Source: Callorhinchus milii (Eukaryota). Taken from it: DNA of 64,000 nucleotides. Below, one piece after another: positions 12,025 to 25,419 of this stretch (position 1 is its first letter; each line of letters opens with the position of its first letter). The notes below the pieces were generated by a model. It was not told the DNA's origin, did no database searches, and saw nothing but the letters and a program-made list of their open reading frames with translations. The stretch covers positions 87,980,001 through 88,044,000 of the forward strand of contig NW_024704742.1 of assembly GCF_018977255.1 (NCBI RefSeq), read 5' to 3'. Position numbers and translations under genes: made by a program.

Positions 12025-13275
12025 CCATAAGACGTAGGAGCAAGAGTAGGCCATTCAGCCCCTCGAGCCTGCTCTGCCATTTAATAAGATCATGGCTGAT
12101 CTTCTAACCTAATTCCATTTACCTGCCCTATCCCCAAACCTCTTAATCCCTCTATCCTTTAGAAATCTATCAACCTCAGTCTTGAATATGTTCAAGGACT
12201 GAGCATCCACAGCCTTCTGGGGTAGAGAATTCCACAAATTCACTACCCTCTGAGTGAAGAAATGTTTCCTCCACTCAGTTCGAAAAGGCTGACACTTAAT
12301 CTTGAGACTATGATCCCTAGTTTTAGATTCTCCAACCAGGGGAAACAGTCTCACGGCATCTACCCTGTCAAGACCCTTAAGAATCTTATAGGTTTCTAGT
12401 TTACTAGAACCTAGCCTAGTTTACTCAACCTATCCTCATAAGTCATCCTCCTCATCCTAGGAACCAACCTAGTGAATCTATGCTGCACCCCCTCTAAGAC
12501 GAATATGTCCTTTCTTAAATAAGGAGACCAAAACTGCACACAATATTCTAGGTGCGGTCTCACCAAGGCCTTATACAACTGCAGCAAGACTTCCCTATTC
12601 TTGTACTCTAAACCTTTTGCAATGAACGCCAACATGGCATTAGCTTTCCTAGTTGCTTGCTGTACCTGCATACTAACTTTTTGTGACTGGTGTACAAGGA
12701 CACCCAAATCTCTCTGAACACTAACACTATCTAGTCTCCCCCTCTAGAAAATAATCCACTTTTCTATTTTTACTGCCTAGGTGAATAACTTCACACTTCC
12801 CCACGTTATACTCCATCTGCCACCTTCTTGCCCACTCACCTTGCCTGTCTATTTCCCTTTGCATTCTTCGTGTGTCATCCTCACAGCTTACGCTCCCACC
12901 TATCTTCGTATCATCCGCGAATTTAGATATGTTACGTTCTATTTCCTCATCTAAATCATTGATATAGACTGCAAATAATTGAGGCCCAAGCACTGATCCT
13001 TGGCATTCCACTAGTCACATTCTGCCAATCTGAGAAGGACCTGTTTATCCCTACTCTCTGTTTTCTTCCTGTTAGCCACTCTCCAATCCATGCTAATATA
13101 TTACTTTTAATTCCATGGGCTCTAATCTTATGCAACAGCCTTTTATGTGACACCTTGTCGAATGCCTTCTGGAAATCCAAATACACGACGTCTACTGGTC
13201 CCCCCTATCTAACCTGCTAGTTACACCCTCAAAAAACGCTATAAAATTTATTACACAAGATTTCCCTTTTGTAAA
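12025..13275 (-). mobile_element. CR1 LINE, 5'-truncated, reverse transcriptase to 3'UTR, frameshifted
   Basis: YLDFQKAFDKV, QGSVLGPQLFAVYINDL, SKFADDTK, LVRPHLEYCVQFWSP and FFTQRVVNLWNSLP. Confidence 0.95.
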
Positions 13276-13347
13276 GCAAAATAATGTATTGGAAAAAATA
13301 TATGTGATAAGGCACTCCAAAAATATCTCTTTGAGGCACAGCCTGAT

Positions 13348-14380
13348 ACAACAACAAAATTACATTTGTATAGCGCCTTTCGCGTCAGGAGGACATCCCA
13401 AGGTGCTGGACAGTCAGTGTTTCAGAAACTTCTGGGGGTTAGGGAGTGTAGAGGGCAGGGGGGGAAGGAGGGTGACCAAAGGCACAGTCGAAGAGGAGGG
13501 TCTTGAGGCGGGTCTTGTAGGAGGCAAGGGAGGGGGTGAGGCGGAGGGACTGTGGAATGGAGTTCCAGAGGATGAGGGCAGAGTGGCAGAAGGCCCACCC
13601 GCCAATTGTGGGTTGGGCAAGGCGGGGGATGTGAAGCAGGCCAGAGCCTGCTGAGCAGAGGGAGTGGGCAGGTTGGTAGAGGGTTATGAGGTTGCAGAGA
13701 TAGTGGGGAGCATGGTCATGGAGGGTTTTGAAAGTCAGGATCAGGATCTTGAACTGTATCCTCTGTGTGATGGGAAACCAGTGGAGTCGGCTGAGGACGG
13801 GGGTGATAGGGTCACGGAGGTTGGTGCGGGAGAGGACACGGGCTACACAGTTCTGGGTGATCTGCAGTCTATGGAGGGAGGAGTTGGGGAGGCCGACAAG
13901 CAGGGATTTTGCGTAGTTATGAATGCATGTATGACAGTCTCGGTGGCCTGCGGTGTGAGATAGTGGAGGAGCCGGGTGATATTGCGGAGGTGGGGGAAGT
14001 GAGTGTGGGTCATGGCACAGATGTGGGGTAGAAACAGTTGAGGGTCAAACAAGACCCCAAGGTTCCGGACTGGCTTAGCAAGGTGGAGTTTGCATCCATG
14101 GATGGTGATGCTGTCAGTGCCTGAGGTGTGCAGGCGCTGACCAGAGCCAATCAGGAGGGCCTCGGTCTTGTTGACGTTCAACTGACGAAAGTTAGCTCTC
14201 ATCCAGGATTTGATGTCTGACAGACATTCAGTCAGGACAGCAGTGGTCCTGGAGTCAAGGCTGGAGGCAGAGAGGTACAGGTAGGTGGTATCCGCATACA
14301 TGTGGAAGTTGACCCCATGTCTGCGGATGATGTCACCAAGAGGGAGCATATAGATATTGAAGAGGAGGGGACACAGGACA
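13348..14380 (-). mobile_element. L2 LINE, 5'-truncated
   Basis: MLPLGDIIRRHGVNFHMYADT..YL, L.DIKSWM..NF.QLNVNKTE and RNLGVLFD; ends in an L2 tail with (TTG)n. Confidence 0.93.
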
Positions 14381-15949
14381 GAGTAAAACTCTATTTTTCA
14401 AAGCGAGATTATGAATTTATTGGTAGCCAGTGCTGAATTGGAGTCAGTTTTATTACTGTGAACAGGAACCCACAAAGAACTGGGTACTCTCCAAAACTAT
14501 TGAATTAAAGATTCTTACATCCATCAGAGACAGAGAAGGTTTTCAGCCCTTCAGTTTGCTCTGGATTGGATGCCAATTCCCTGACTTGAAGTGTAAAATT
14601 AGATAGTGTTAGAAACTAACTCTGGAATCTTAGAATTAGAAACACAATTATGTTTTTAAAAAAACATAAATTCTGACCAAAGATTTTGCCATGTAAAAGG
14701 AATAAGCACTATTCAGTCAATTGAATTTGTATCTATTTTACTGCCTATTGTAGTTATAGTTGAGGCAGAATTTGTATTAAATCCAATTACTATTGAATCA
14801 GTGTAGGGTATGGGTTGACTGACCTCCCGCTGAAATGGCTCAATGAATCCTTGCTCCATACATAATGTACGCTAGACTCCCATTTCCCGCAGCTTTTAAA
14901 GATGTCTAAAGAGTTTGAAACCATTTGAGATTTATAATAGCTTTGTGTAAGTAGAAATACTGAAACTGTGACAATAGCAGCTTATGCTAAACATATTTGT
15001 TAGGAGAAGTGGGCAACACAGCATCTTCAAATACAATCCTGACATCTCTACTTTCTCTGTAGACTTCTTGTTGGTTAAATAAAATGAATCTGGGCAGCCT
15101 CAATCCAGTTCCCAGGGGAAATAAGTTCAGAGCAGAATAATACTCTCAAATGTGTCAGTAATTGCTACTAATTTGACCGTTTCGCTTAGAGAGGCCAAGG
15201 GTAGACAGAATGAGACATGGGGAATGTCACACTGACAGTGTTAGATGTGTGCACAGAAAGGAAGAAGAAAAAGCAAAATCTGCATCTTATGAGGTAGCTG
15301 GTCAGGGACATAACTCAGTCTGTAACAACCTTTCATCTGACCGATAATCAGTCTTCATTTGAATAGCTGATGAAGTTATTTGGTTGCAAATAGTAAATGT
15401 AATGCTTAATTCCCAGCCAGCATGGTTATCCAGTATCCACATATGTATAAGCCCTCCTCAAACTAACTTAATATACAACAACAACTTTCATTTATACAGT
15501 GCCCTTCATGTAGGGTAATTTCTTGGAGCACATTGCAGGGAGTGCTTCAACGCTGAGGAAGGGAAAGGTGGCCATAGGCACGTTCAAAGAGGTAGGATTT
15601 AAGGTGAGACTTAAAGACAAAAAGCAAGGGTGCAAGCTAGCGTGATAAGAGGGAGACAGTTCCAGAGGTTAGAGGGGTTGGGGTGCAATCTCTTAGTGGT
15701 TGGGTTGGTAGGATTTTAGAAGGTCACAGGGGTAGAATCAGACTAGATCTTTAGTTTGTCTTCACCGTTTAAATACATTTGTTTTGTACTTCAACGTATA
15801 TGTATATTCCAGTTAGCAAAGACTCTGCACTATGTCCACGTTGAATTGACAGTAAAAGTACAGCATAAATGTCTAAGCCTTGCTCCCAAAACTTGCTCAG
15901 CAGGTGGTTTCAGAAATCAAATCTAAACCATTACCTGCACTTAAATTAA

Positions 15950-16147
15950 TAATAATAATCCTTCCCAAAAATGATAATAATTTGGTCACAAACAACTGGT
16001 TGTGGGATCCTGCTTTGTGCAATTGGTTGCCATGTTTCGCCCACCAAATATACAGTCAATTCACTTTGCAGTATATTCTATGAAATGCTTTGAGACGTCT
16101 CAAAAACACGATAAGGCTACATATCAAATGCAAGGATTATTATTATT
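15950..16147 (+). mobile_element. SINE 3' half
   Basis: gtgcaattggttgcc...cagtcaattcacttt...atatcaaatgcaaggattattatt. Confidence 0.85.
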
Positions 16148-16213
16148 AAATTGAGTTTATATTGTAGCCAAGACTTGGTTACAATATAAACTCAATTTAA
16201 TAATATTAATCCT
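16133..16213. repeat. Near-perfect palindrome, about 40-bp arms with a 1-nt spacer
   Basis: tattattaaattgagtttatattgtagccaag-a-cttggttacaatataaactcaatttaataata; 31 of 32 core positions are complementary. Confidence 0.9.
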
Positions 16214-16254
16214 AGTATAAATATAAATAAGTATACATTTGTATACAGTGCTTA

Positions 16255-16635
16255 TAGAATCATAGAATATTACAGCACAGAAGGAGGCCATTTGGCCCAT
16301 CGTGCCTGTACCGGCACTTTAGAAGAGCTACCCAGTCAGTCCTGCACCCCACTCGTTCCCCATATCTTTGCAAATGTTTCCTTTTCAAGTACCTATCCAA
16401 TTTCCTTTTAAGAGTTGTTATTGAATCTGTTTCCACCACCCTTTCAGGCAGTGCATTCCAGACTGTAACAACTCTCTGTGTAAAAATCTCCTCATCTCCC
16501 CTCTCTCTGGTTGTTTTGCCAATTATCTTAAATACCATTTTACCATTCTGGTAAATCTCCTCTGCGTCATCTCCAAGGGCTTGATATCCTTACTAAAGCA
16601 TGGTGCCCAGAATTGGATACAATACTCCAGCTGCC
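16255..16635 (-). mobile_element. CR1 LINE 3' end
   Basis: FTQRVVTVWNALPERVVE...LKRKLDRYL followed by a CR1-type 3'UTR. Confidence 0.88.
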
Positions 16636-16744
16636 TATATATATGTATATGTTATATAATTCCTGCTCAACTGCATCACTTCCATGCCAGTGTTAACCAG
16701 AACCTGAAGAACTTATTTCCACATGATGGAAAATTATTTTACAT

Positions 16745-17130
16745 GATAATAATAATCCTTGCATTTGATATAGCGCTTTTCACGTCTGCTAGACGTCTCA
16801 AAGTGCTTCACAGAATATACTGTAAAGTGAATTGATTGTATATTTGTGGGCAAAACGCAGCAGCCAATTGCACACAGCAGTGTCCCACAAACAGTCGTGG
16901 ATTGAATGACCAAATTCTAATTTTTTTTGAGGTATTATTATCAGGCATGTGGAGTAAGCAAACTTGCCCAAGGTTTCGCCCTGCCGGGAATCGAACTCTG
17001 GTCTCTCGCTTTATATATATCTATACATATACTCGCCCACAAAATATCAGTCAATTCACTTTATGGTGTATTCTGTGAAGCACTTTGAAATGCCTTGAAG
17101 GTGCTATATCAAATGTAAGAATTATTATTA
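16745..17130. mobile_element. Inverted SINE pair (minus about 16745-17010, plus about 17032-17130)
   Basis: Complementary tails diverge from a short (TA)-rich spacer. The minus copy keeps the B-box region. Confidence 0.85.
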
Positions 17131-17153
17131 TATATATATATAAAATATATAAT

Positions 17154-18793
17154 GTAGGTGCACCATTAAGGCCACATGTAGTTTCTTATGGGCACATATA
17201 TACTCTGTACATGTAGTTTACACTGGCACGGAAGCGATGCAATAGAGCAGGAAATGGGATTGATATTTCCCATTCCAAAATAGCTCCCATCAGGTCCCGA
17301 GTGTATTTGACACCTGCATTTAAGCGCTCTGAGACACTACCCTGCTTGGAGGGCACTATATAAGTGCAAGTTGGTGTTGTATTTACACATGGTTTACATA
17401 TGTCACGTAATAGATCCCATTTCTGCTACAAGTACTATCTTAGCTATAGTGCAAACTTTGCAAAATACTCCTTTAAAACAACAACAAAATCTTACATTTA
17501 TATAGGGCCTTTCAGTGGGGCTAGTGCCTCAGAAAGCTTAAAATTTGAAACCAATTGTGTTCAAAGTTCTTGAGTAGCGCATTGAACTGCCATTAAGCTC
17601 TTTAATGTTAATAAAGATACAGATCAGATCAGCATTAAAATAAAATTGCTCAGTTGCGCAGGCACTGAGCTCTCCTCGGTACCCTGTGGGAGCTATTTTG
17701 GAATGGGAAATATCAATCCCATTTCCTGCTCTACTGTCTTGCTTCCATGCCAGTGTTAACCAGTGTTAACCAGAAGCTGAATAATTTATTTCCACATCAT
17801 GGAAGATTATATACTGAGCGGCAAGTGGGACATGGTTTAAAACAAGTGTCATTTCTCTTCAACAGCTGAGATAAATTTAAAGGGGCATGAATTGGAGCAC
17901 TTCTGAAGAGGGTAAATTGTACCCACACCCAAAAAAAGTAAAAACAAATGCTTTGTAGAAATACTAAATATTACAGTGCATGAGATTGAATCCAATAGTA
18001 GATGAAAAACAGAACACAAACAGTTGTCTTTTCAACAAAACAGAATGACTTACGAATGCTGAAAATGTTCAGCACTTTTCAAAGTGATGTGAAAAGCCAC
18101 AGTAGTCTGTAGAGATTACTTCAATGGCCAGGCAACTTCTGTGAGAAGCTGCAGAGTCTTCCTACTCAGTCGGGTCAAGTGCTTTATTGTTGTTGTTTCA
18201 GACGCTTCATATTGGCAGCACCAGATGAGATTTAATGATCAGAGGAAGAGAGGCTCCTCGGTTTCAAACTAAACAAATCACAAATGTTGTTGCTCTAATG
18301 CCTGTTTATACTGCTAGAATTGATGTTACATTGTTTCCAGCGGTGAAGCGATTTGAAGCAGAGAGCAGGATTTATAATTCCCATTTCCCGATCACTCTCG
18401 CTAGGGGCTGAGAGCTGAACTGCATTAGTTCTCCTGTGTTATTAAGCAGCAAATGCCCATGTTTGAGAATCTATTCGTTGACAAAGAGACCCCCAAAATA
18501 AAATGCCAGAGGGAAACAAGTGCCTTTAATTTGTAATTATTAATATTTTATTGTTTCAGGTTCAGATGTGCAGTAATTGAACTTATTGATGCAAAGTTAC
18601 ATAAATACATACTAGTCTGTGTTTGACAAACAACGCAATACAATGATGTCAATTACATCCAAAAGCAGAAATGGGGTCTATTTTGTGCCATATGTAAACC
18701 ATGTGCAAATACAGATGTCAAATGCACTAGGTGTAAATCACAAGTAAACATGTGTACAGAGGAAACTACATATGGCCTTATGGGGTAACTAAC
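17154..18793. repeat. Nested inverted-repeat (fold-back) structure, probably a decayed non-autonomous DNA transposon
   Basis: Inverted pairs: 17154-17197/18750-18793, 17379-17427/18664-18712 (44 of 49 positions) and 17220-17301/17676-17757. Confidence 0.65.
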
Positions 18794-19420
18794 CACTAAC
18801 AATTTCTACTGGTTGTTAATTACTTAATTAAGGTTGTACACCTGCATTCAGTACACACAGCGCTTACTACGCCTCATTTACCCTTGGTTTACACTTGGTG
18901 CGTAATCAACCCATATGTTGTTTACATGACATCAATGTAACAGAAATTGGTGTGCAAATATTGTGTTTAGTCAATCAACATACAGTAAGGGATTCCAATC
19001 ATCATAAACCCAGAGATAAGGCTGAGGCTTTGAAACTGCACAAGGCTGACTGTGAAATTCATGATTTTCTTTCAAGTCCATCTTTTTGCCAGTGGCTGCC
19101 TCAAAAATAGTAAACCCCAAGAGTCAGCTTATTTCACGCGGCTTCATGATAAAATCCACATTGTAGGATCATAAATGATGGTCACATAATCATTTCAAGT
19201 TTATTAAATGATAGTCAGTTGTGGATTACTGGGAAGTATTATATTACAGGGAGACTTAATTTTTAGTGTTCTTACACTAGTGTTAATTTCACCTGGGTCT
19301 AGAGCTACTTTATTTATTGGCGTTTCAGAGCATCCAGAATTGACAAATTGTTGAATTTAATCTTAACTTTGAAGTTGGTTTATGCTGTTCTTAAAATAAT
19401 TTACAGAAACTGGATTCAAA

Positions 19421-19602
19421 ATTAATAACAATCCTTGCATTTGATATAGCACCTTATCACGTTTTCTAGACATCTCAAAGTGTTTCTCAGAATATACTGT
19501 AAAGTGAATTGACTGTATATTTTGTCTGTATAGAACAACATTAACAACACGATTACATTTGTATCGCGCTTTTCACGTCGGGAGGACGTCCCAAAGCGCT
19601 GA
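19421..19602 (-). mobile_element. SINE tail followed by an L2 tail
   Basis: Both diagnostic tail motifs occur in tandem. Confidence 0.8.
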
Positions 19603-21452
19603 AGGTTGCATATAACAATTTGCCAAACCTTGGACAACCTAAACTGCTACACAAATAGAGTAAATCCAGAGACAGGTGGAATTTCTCCCCACCAGTTTAG
19701 TACTGGTTGCTATTAAATTCAGAAGATTCACTTTAGGACTCCAGCCCCAATCTCTGGACTAACTGTAGTAGACCTTTCAAGGCAGGTTTATGAGGCTTTG
19801 AATCGATTGATCACAAGATATTCAAGTTTTGAAAGGCTACAAGTCAGAATAGTACATTGCCACCATTCTTTCTATAATAAAGTGTGAGATATTAATATAA
19901 TACACTTTAAGATGTTGCTGGTTTGGAGATAAGCCCAGTGTCTGGTGTGAAATTGAGCTGTAAAAGTCAAAGGGCTGTACTATATAGCCTGCCTTTGCCA
20001 GGGAAGTAATAGGATACCACAATTATACTATGTCCCATGAGTTAGGGAAGAATGTGCAAAAAAAGCCAGGGTTCCTATTTCTGACCATTACTCAGCGACT
20101 CTTGTTGCGAAGTAGGTGTTTGTGAACATTTGCTGAGGACAGATTCAAGACGGGCTATGGATATCTCCTAATGGTTAAATAGCTCACTGCTACTCGCCGT
20201 CTGTTTTCACCCATGAAGAACGGGCAGTTTGGGCAAAGTGACCGAGAGCCAGCACTCATGAAGTGGTTGGTATCAGAAAGAGATATTCCTTCAGAGAGAA
20301 GGGGAGAAAATTGGAGGAGTGGGGGTGGATAGAAGAAAAGCGATACCAATGTATATGTAGATCTGAATGAATAGAAAAGGCAACTTTGCATAGTTTAATA
20401 ATAATCTTGGAGGACTTGAAAAGGCTTTTTGCATTCTAAGGTTTTACAAAGCAGTGGCAGTTTTACACAGAAATAGAACATTCTTTTCTACATTAAAGAA
20501 CTGCTCCTCATTAGCAATAAATCCTATAATAACATCAAAATCTTTCAGAGCATTCAGTGCAGGACACTGTCAGTTACCTGAACTAACACCCAGAATTTCT
20601 AAAATTTACTTCGGTATGTATCTCTCTCTGCTTATAACCCCTACACATGCCTTGCTGTGGTGCATCAGGAGACCTTTTCGGCTCTCAAAATACATAACTG
20701 TACAAATGGTTTGGGATTCATTCCTTATGCTGAATGCTATAAAGTGGAATCAGACAAGAGTACAGAACTTCAGAATTCATTGTATTCTTCAAGTGAATTT
20801 TCTTTTAATTGGCATATAAGCTTGTGCAGACTTCAACAGTCTCTGACACCAAATTACTGACTTGTTTTCCTCCACCCATTTTTGAATGCTTATGGACCAT
20901 TAATATTTTGTAACCAATTTTCACCAATAAATGTTGGCTATTTCAGTGAAAGTCAATTGGTAAATTGGTTTCAGCACCTTGGGGTGTCCTCCTCATGTGA
21001 AAGGTGCATTATAAAAATGTAAATTTGTTATTGTTGAAAAACTTGTTGAAAAACGAATCCCTCCCAAAATGATACACTATTTTTCAGTAGTACGAACATA
21101 TTGTTCTTATCACGTTGTTCCAGGGACAAATTGTGAGCCCAGTTAGAAGTAAACTCGAGGCTTCTGCGCAATTTAAATGTCTGTAGAAACCTCACTTGCA
21201 TTTGTGCAATTAGATTTCTTTGCAGTAGTGCATAGCTTTTATGCATTTAAATATTTAATGTTGGACAGTGTAGCGATAAAAGTCATAGAAAGACAGAAAA
21301 TCAGAACCTCACAAACAGAGAGCGGAAAACAGTTTGTGTAAGTGATACACGAGGGAAATTCCTTATTCCAGTTTGTTACATCATCGCAAATCTTTGAATA
21401 TCATTTCCCCAATTTCAATTTGCAAATGATACAAATCGGACTGGTAAATAGT

Positions 21453-21680
21453 AACAAAAACAGAAGTCGCTGGAAACACTCAGCAGGTCAGGCAGCATCT
21501 ATGGAGAAAGGAAAGCGAGTCAACGTTTTGGGTCCACGACTCTTCATCTGACGAAGGGTCATGGACCCGAAACGTTGACTCACTTTCCTTTCTCCATAGA
21601 TGCTGCCTGACCTGCTGAGTGTTCCCAGCAACTTCTGTTTTTGTTTCAGATTTCCAGCATCTGCAGTATTTCGCGTTTTG
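21453..21680. mobile_element. Penelope-like (pLTR-derived) inverted-repeat insertion with a hammerhead-like core
   Basis: Roughly 95-bp inverted arms span 21453-21645. Central CTGACGA-A-GGGTC-ATG-GACCC-GAAACGTT. Confidence 0.7.
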
Positions 21681-23407
21681 GCAAATAATAATTTGCTCTG
21701 CTGTAAAAATAATGTTTTTGTATTATTTATACACATACTATTTGTATTTGATATAGAGCCTACAACATCAAAACGTTTCAAAACGATTCACAGGTAATTG
21801 CTAAAAAGTGAAGTGACTGTATTTGTAGGTTAGATCAACCAATTTGCATACAGCAATATCCTACAAACAGCCATGAAATTAATGATCAATTTAGAGGAAG
21901 ATTGTGGTTAGGCACTGTGGCTAGGTACCGGGAGAAACTCTTGTTTCTTTGTAAACAGTACTATGGGATCTTTACTATCTACTGGAATAGGCACACAGAA
22001 CCTCAATTTAACCTGTCAGTGCTCCCCCACCCCCACCCCCCCAGCCGGGCACTGGTCTAAGGGTTCAAACTACCTTCTTCCTACATTGAACAAGGAAACT
22101 TTTAGGTGTATTTACAAGATGGATGGTGACACGTGATCTGCGGATCAGAAGACTAACTTGCTTTCCTGCAGAGTTCCAACAGGCAATTGAAAGTATTTCT
22201 TACAAAATTCCCGAAGCCCAAAGAGGAAGTTACATGCTTTAGGCTGACTGCAGCAAACCTCCTGCAGTGCACAATAGACTCTGTGGGAAGGCTCACCTTG
22301 AAAAGTCCCATGGCAGGCAGTGGCAGCTATTCGCTGAGACAAGCTTTCACTGTCTGAAGACGTAGCAGTAAGAATCTTTGTGAGTTTCCATTAAAAAAAA
22401 GGTTGCCTGAACAAAGCTCATTCACTGGCAAGAGGAATGTTTGTGCTTGTTCACCAGTGCTGAGGCATGTGTCAAGTTTAAACCGACCTAGATTGTCTCC
22501 TTCTCCTGAACCAACCAAAAAACATCTGAAACGAAGGCTGAACCTGTGGTTCAGGCTGATTTGTGACTATTGTTACAGGTAGCTGGAGCATGACAAGCCC
22601 ATTGGCAGTGTTGTCTAAAACTCATGCTGACGTGAAAATGTGATCAACAAATATAATTTTAAGCAAATGATTTTGAAAGAGTTGTCTATTCTGTTCCAGT
22701 CTCTATTGGACCTGGGTGAAATGGAGTATTTCAGTGCAGAGAGGTGACCTCAGGGTCTATCTGCGCTGATAAGAATTCAATATTCTTGCCACCAGAATCA
22801 CATTGCAATCAATACTGTGGTTGTATCAATTAATTGTACGGAAGCTGGAACTCGTATCACGTGCCAACAAGTTGTATGACAGTGTAGAACAAAGAAAAGG
22901 GTGTGTGAGTTGCTCAGGGATGGATATGTGGGACTCAGAACATCCGTTGGCTAGGGGTTGGTATGGTCCATCAATTACAGTAAATAATAATCCTTGCATT
23001 TTGAATTAGTGACAACTCGGATCAATCTAAATGTGCGAGCCCCAAAGGCCACTGAAGCCAGGGAAACACAGATCTGCTTATGCTAACAAGAGAAAGAGAA
23101 CCAAGAATGAGATTTAGAAAAAATATATAAATACAGAACAGTAACAGGGAAAATTCTCAGGAATTTTTAAAAGTACTATGTCTCCAATGGTGTGTTCCCA
23201 AGGGGTGACAATATCTCTTTTATTTTAAAGCAATAAAGCCAGCTGCGCATACATGTAATATAATAATAATCGTACATTTGTTATAGCGCCTTTCAAGTCA
23301 GGAGACAGTCCCAAAGCGACATACTGTAAAGTGCAGTGAATTTTGTGGGCGATGCGCGGGAATAGAATATCTATCTAATCCTGTCAGTCAGCATCAAGTA
23401 CATCTTG

Positions 23408-23697
23408 GGAATCCTGTAGCTCAGTGGTTAGAGCACTCGCTTTGCAAGCAAGAGACCTGGGTTCGACTCCCAGCAGGGTGAAACCTTGGACAAGTTTCCT
23501 TATTCCACACGCCTGATAATAATCCCTCAAAAAAATAATAATAAATTGGTCATTTCAATCCACGATTGTTTGGCTGCCGCATTTCGCCCACAAATATACG
23601 GTCAATTCACTTTACAGTCTATTCTGTGAAGCGCTTTGAGACGTCTAGCAGACTTGAAAAGCGCTATATCAAATGCAAGGATTATTATTATTATTAT
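23408..23697 (+). mobile_element. Full-length tRNA-derived SINE, short form
   Basis: Pol III A box TAGCTCAGTGG and B box GGTTCGACTCC, followed by the body and a (TTA)n tail. Confidence 0.92.
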
Positions 23698-25419
23698 CTG
23701 TTTAGCGAAAGTGGCCCTATTATTAAGGAATCCCATTAGGAAATAGTACAAATCAGACCTCAATATGTTTACAGCTGAAAAAGCCACAACATACTGTATC
23801 TGAGATTAACTTTTCTATTTTACTGGACAAAGCATAAACAGCAATAAAAAATAACTCATAAAACAATGAAGGAGCCACATTAATAGTTTAATGCTTGCTC
23901 ACTAAAATGTACAGATTGCTAAGAGCAGACAGAAGCTCTACATATTGCTGATACAGTAGCAAAAAGACGCAATGATAAAAAGATGTAAACAAGAAGATGG
24001 CACTACAGATGGTTTCTTTCTGTTCCAGTTTTATGACCCGCATGATCAGGGTTATAAATCACTGTAGGCTTAATGTTGTACAAAATGCTAAATCCTATTA
24101 TTAAATGTCTTTTTATGGAACCCTATGAACCTTTCACATGTGGTACTCCATAAATGCCTTAAAATGTAACTGCCAGGTTTATTGATTGCTTGTTTAATAC
24201 TGAGAGCACAGAACTGCTTCACAGCTTTCAACCTTACACACATTTAGACAACGTTCGTAAAATTGATTTTCTGTAAATTTCTAACGCTGACTGTTACAGA
24301 TTACATTGAGACAAACATCTGGAACCCCACAGCAGTATTACACTCACAGTTTTCCCACACAAATTTCTTTTGTTACAGGGAGGGTGAAAGGAGATGCATT
24401 AATGATACTGTGGTCTTGGAATGATAAAATTCTTCTGGGAAAAAAAGGCTCTTCTTTGTCTCAACAGGACAACCTCACTTGTTAGAGAGATAAAAGAAAT
24501 TGAACATGGGAACCAGTTTTGCTTCAGAATTTTACTTAATTCTGATGCAAACCACCAAACGACCCACACAAATCAAAAACTGGACTGTAGAATGTACTGT
24601 GATTGTTTACGCTGAAGACTTTACATGAATCAGTTTAAATATGGTAACATTATAGCTGTGTAAATATGGTAATAGAGTAGAGGTCTCCAGACTAAGTAAG
24701 AATTAACTATGCCATAAATTTGGTGTTAAAACACATTGCTTGGAACCTTGAACCCTCACAACCAGTTAGTACACTTCAGCCTTGAAGGGCACCGTTTTTT
24801 ATGTACAAAATTATTTGTCAAGCAAAATAGAAATCAATAAACTGTGTTAAGGGGTCAAAGATGCAGGGGGGTAGGGAACAATTGTAGGAGAAACACTTTT
24901 AAAAAAAAACTTGCTGCTGCTCTACAAACACGTTATTGCATTAGTGCCACATAACCTTCGGTGGCATTGCAAATTCACTGCTCCATTTGCCACAAATAGT
25001 CACTACACTTTACAGCAATCAATTACCTGTGAAATGCTTTTGAGACATTTCACTGGTCTAAGAAATGACAATCAAATGCAATGTTAGGCACTGATGGTGG
25101 AGGAAGGGGTTGAGGGATGCACAAAAGGCACAAGGAAGTCGAGCGAAGGGGCGAATTGGGGTGTGAGCAGGTTGGAGAAGTAGGGAGGTGCTAGGGCATG
25201 AAATAATTTGTAGGATCTATAAATTGATCTGTTCTGCGAAAGGCAGCTGATGCAGCCTAGCAAGGACTAGGGTGATGGGGGTGCAGATTCTGGTACGAGT
25301 GAGGATATGGGTGGTGGAGTTGTGAATCAGTTGGGGTTTGTGGATTGTGGAACTGGGGCGACCAGGAAGTAATATTAACCTAAAATATACAGATTCTTCT
25401 CTCTTACAATAATGATAGT

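Noticed and set aside
23408..23480. tRNA gene (A and B boxes, tRNA-like cloverleaf start)
   Set aside because: It continues directly into the SINE body and tail, with no proper acceptor stem or terminator. It is a SINE head, as is 43710-43780.
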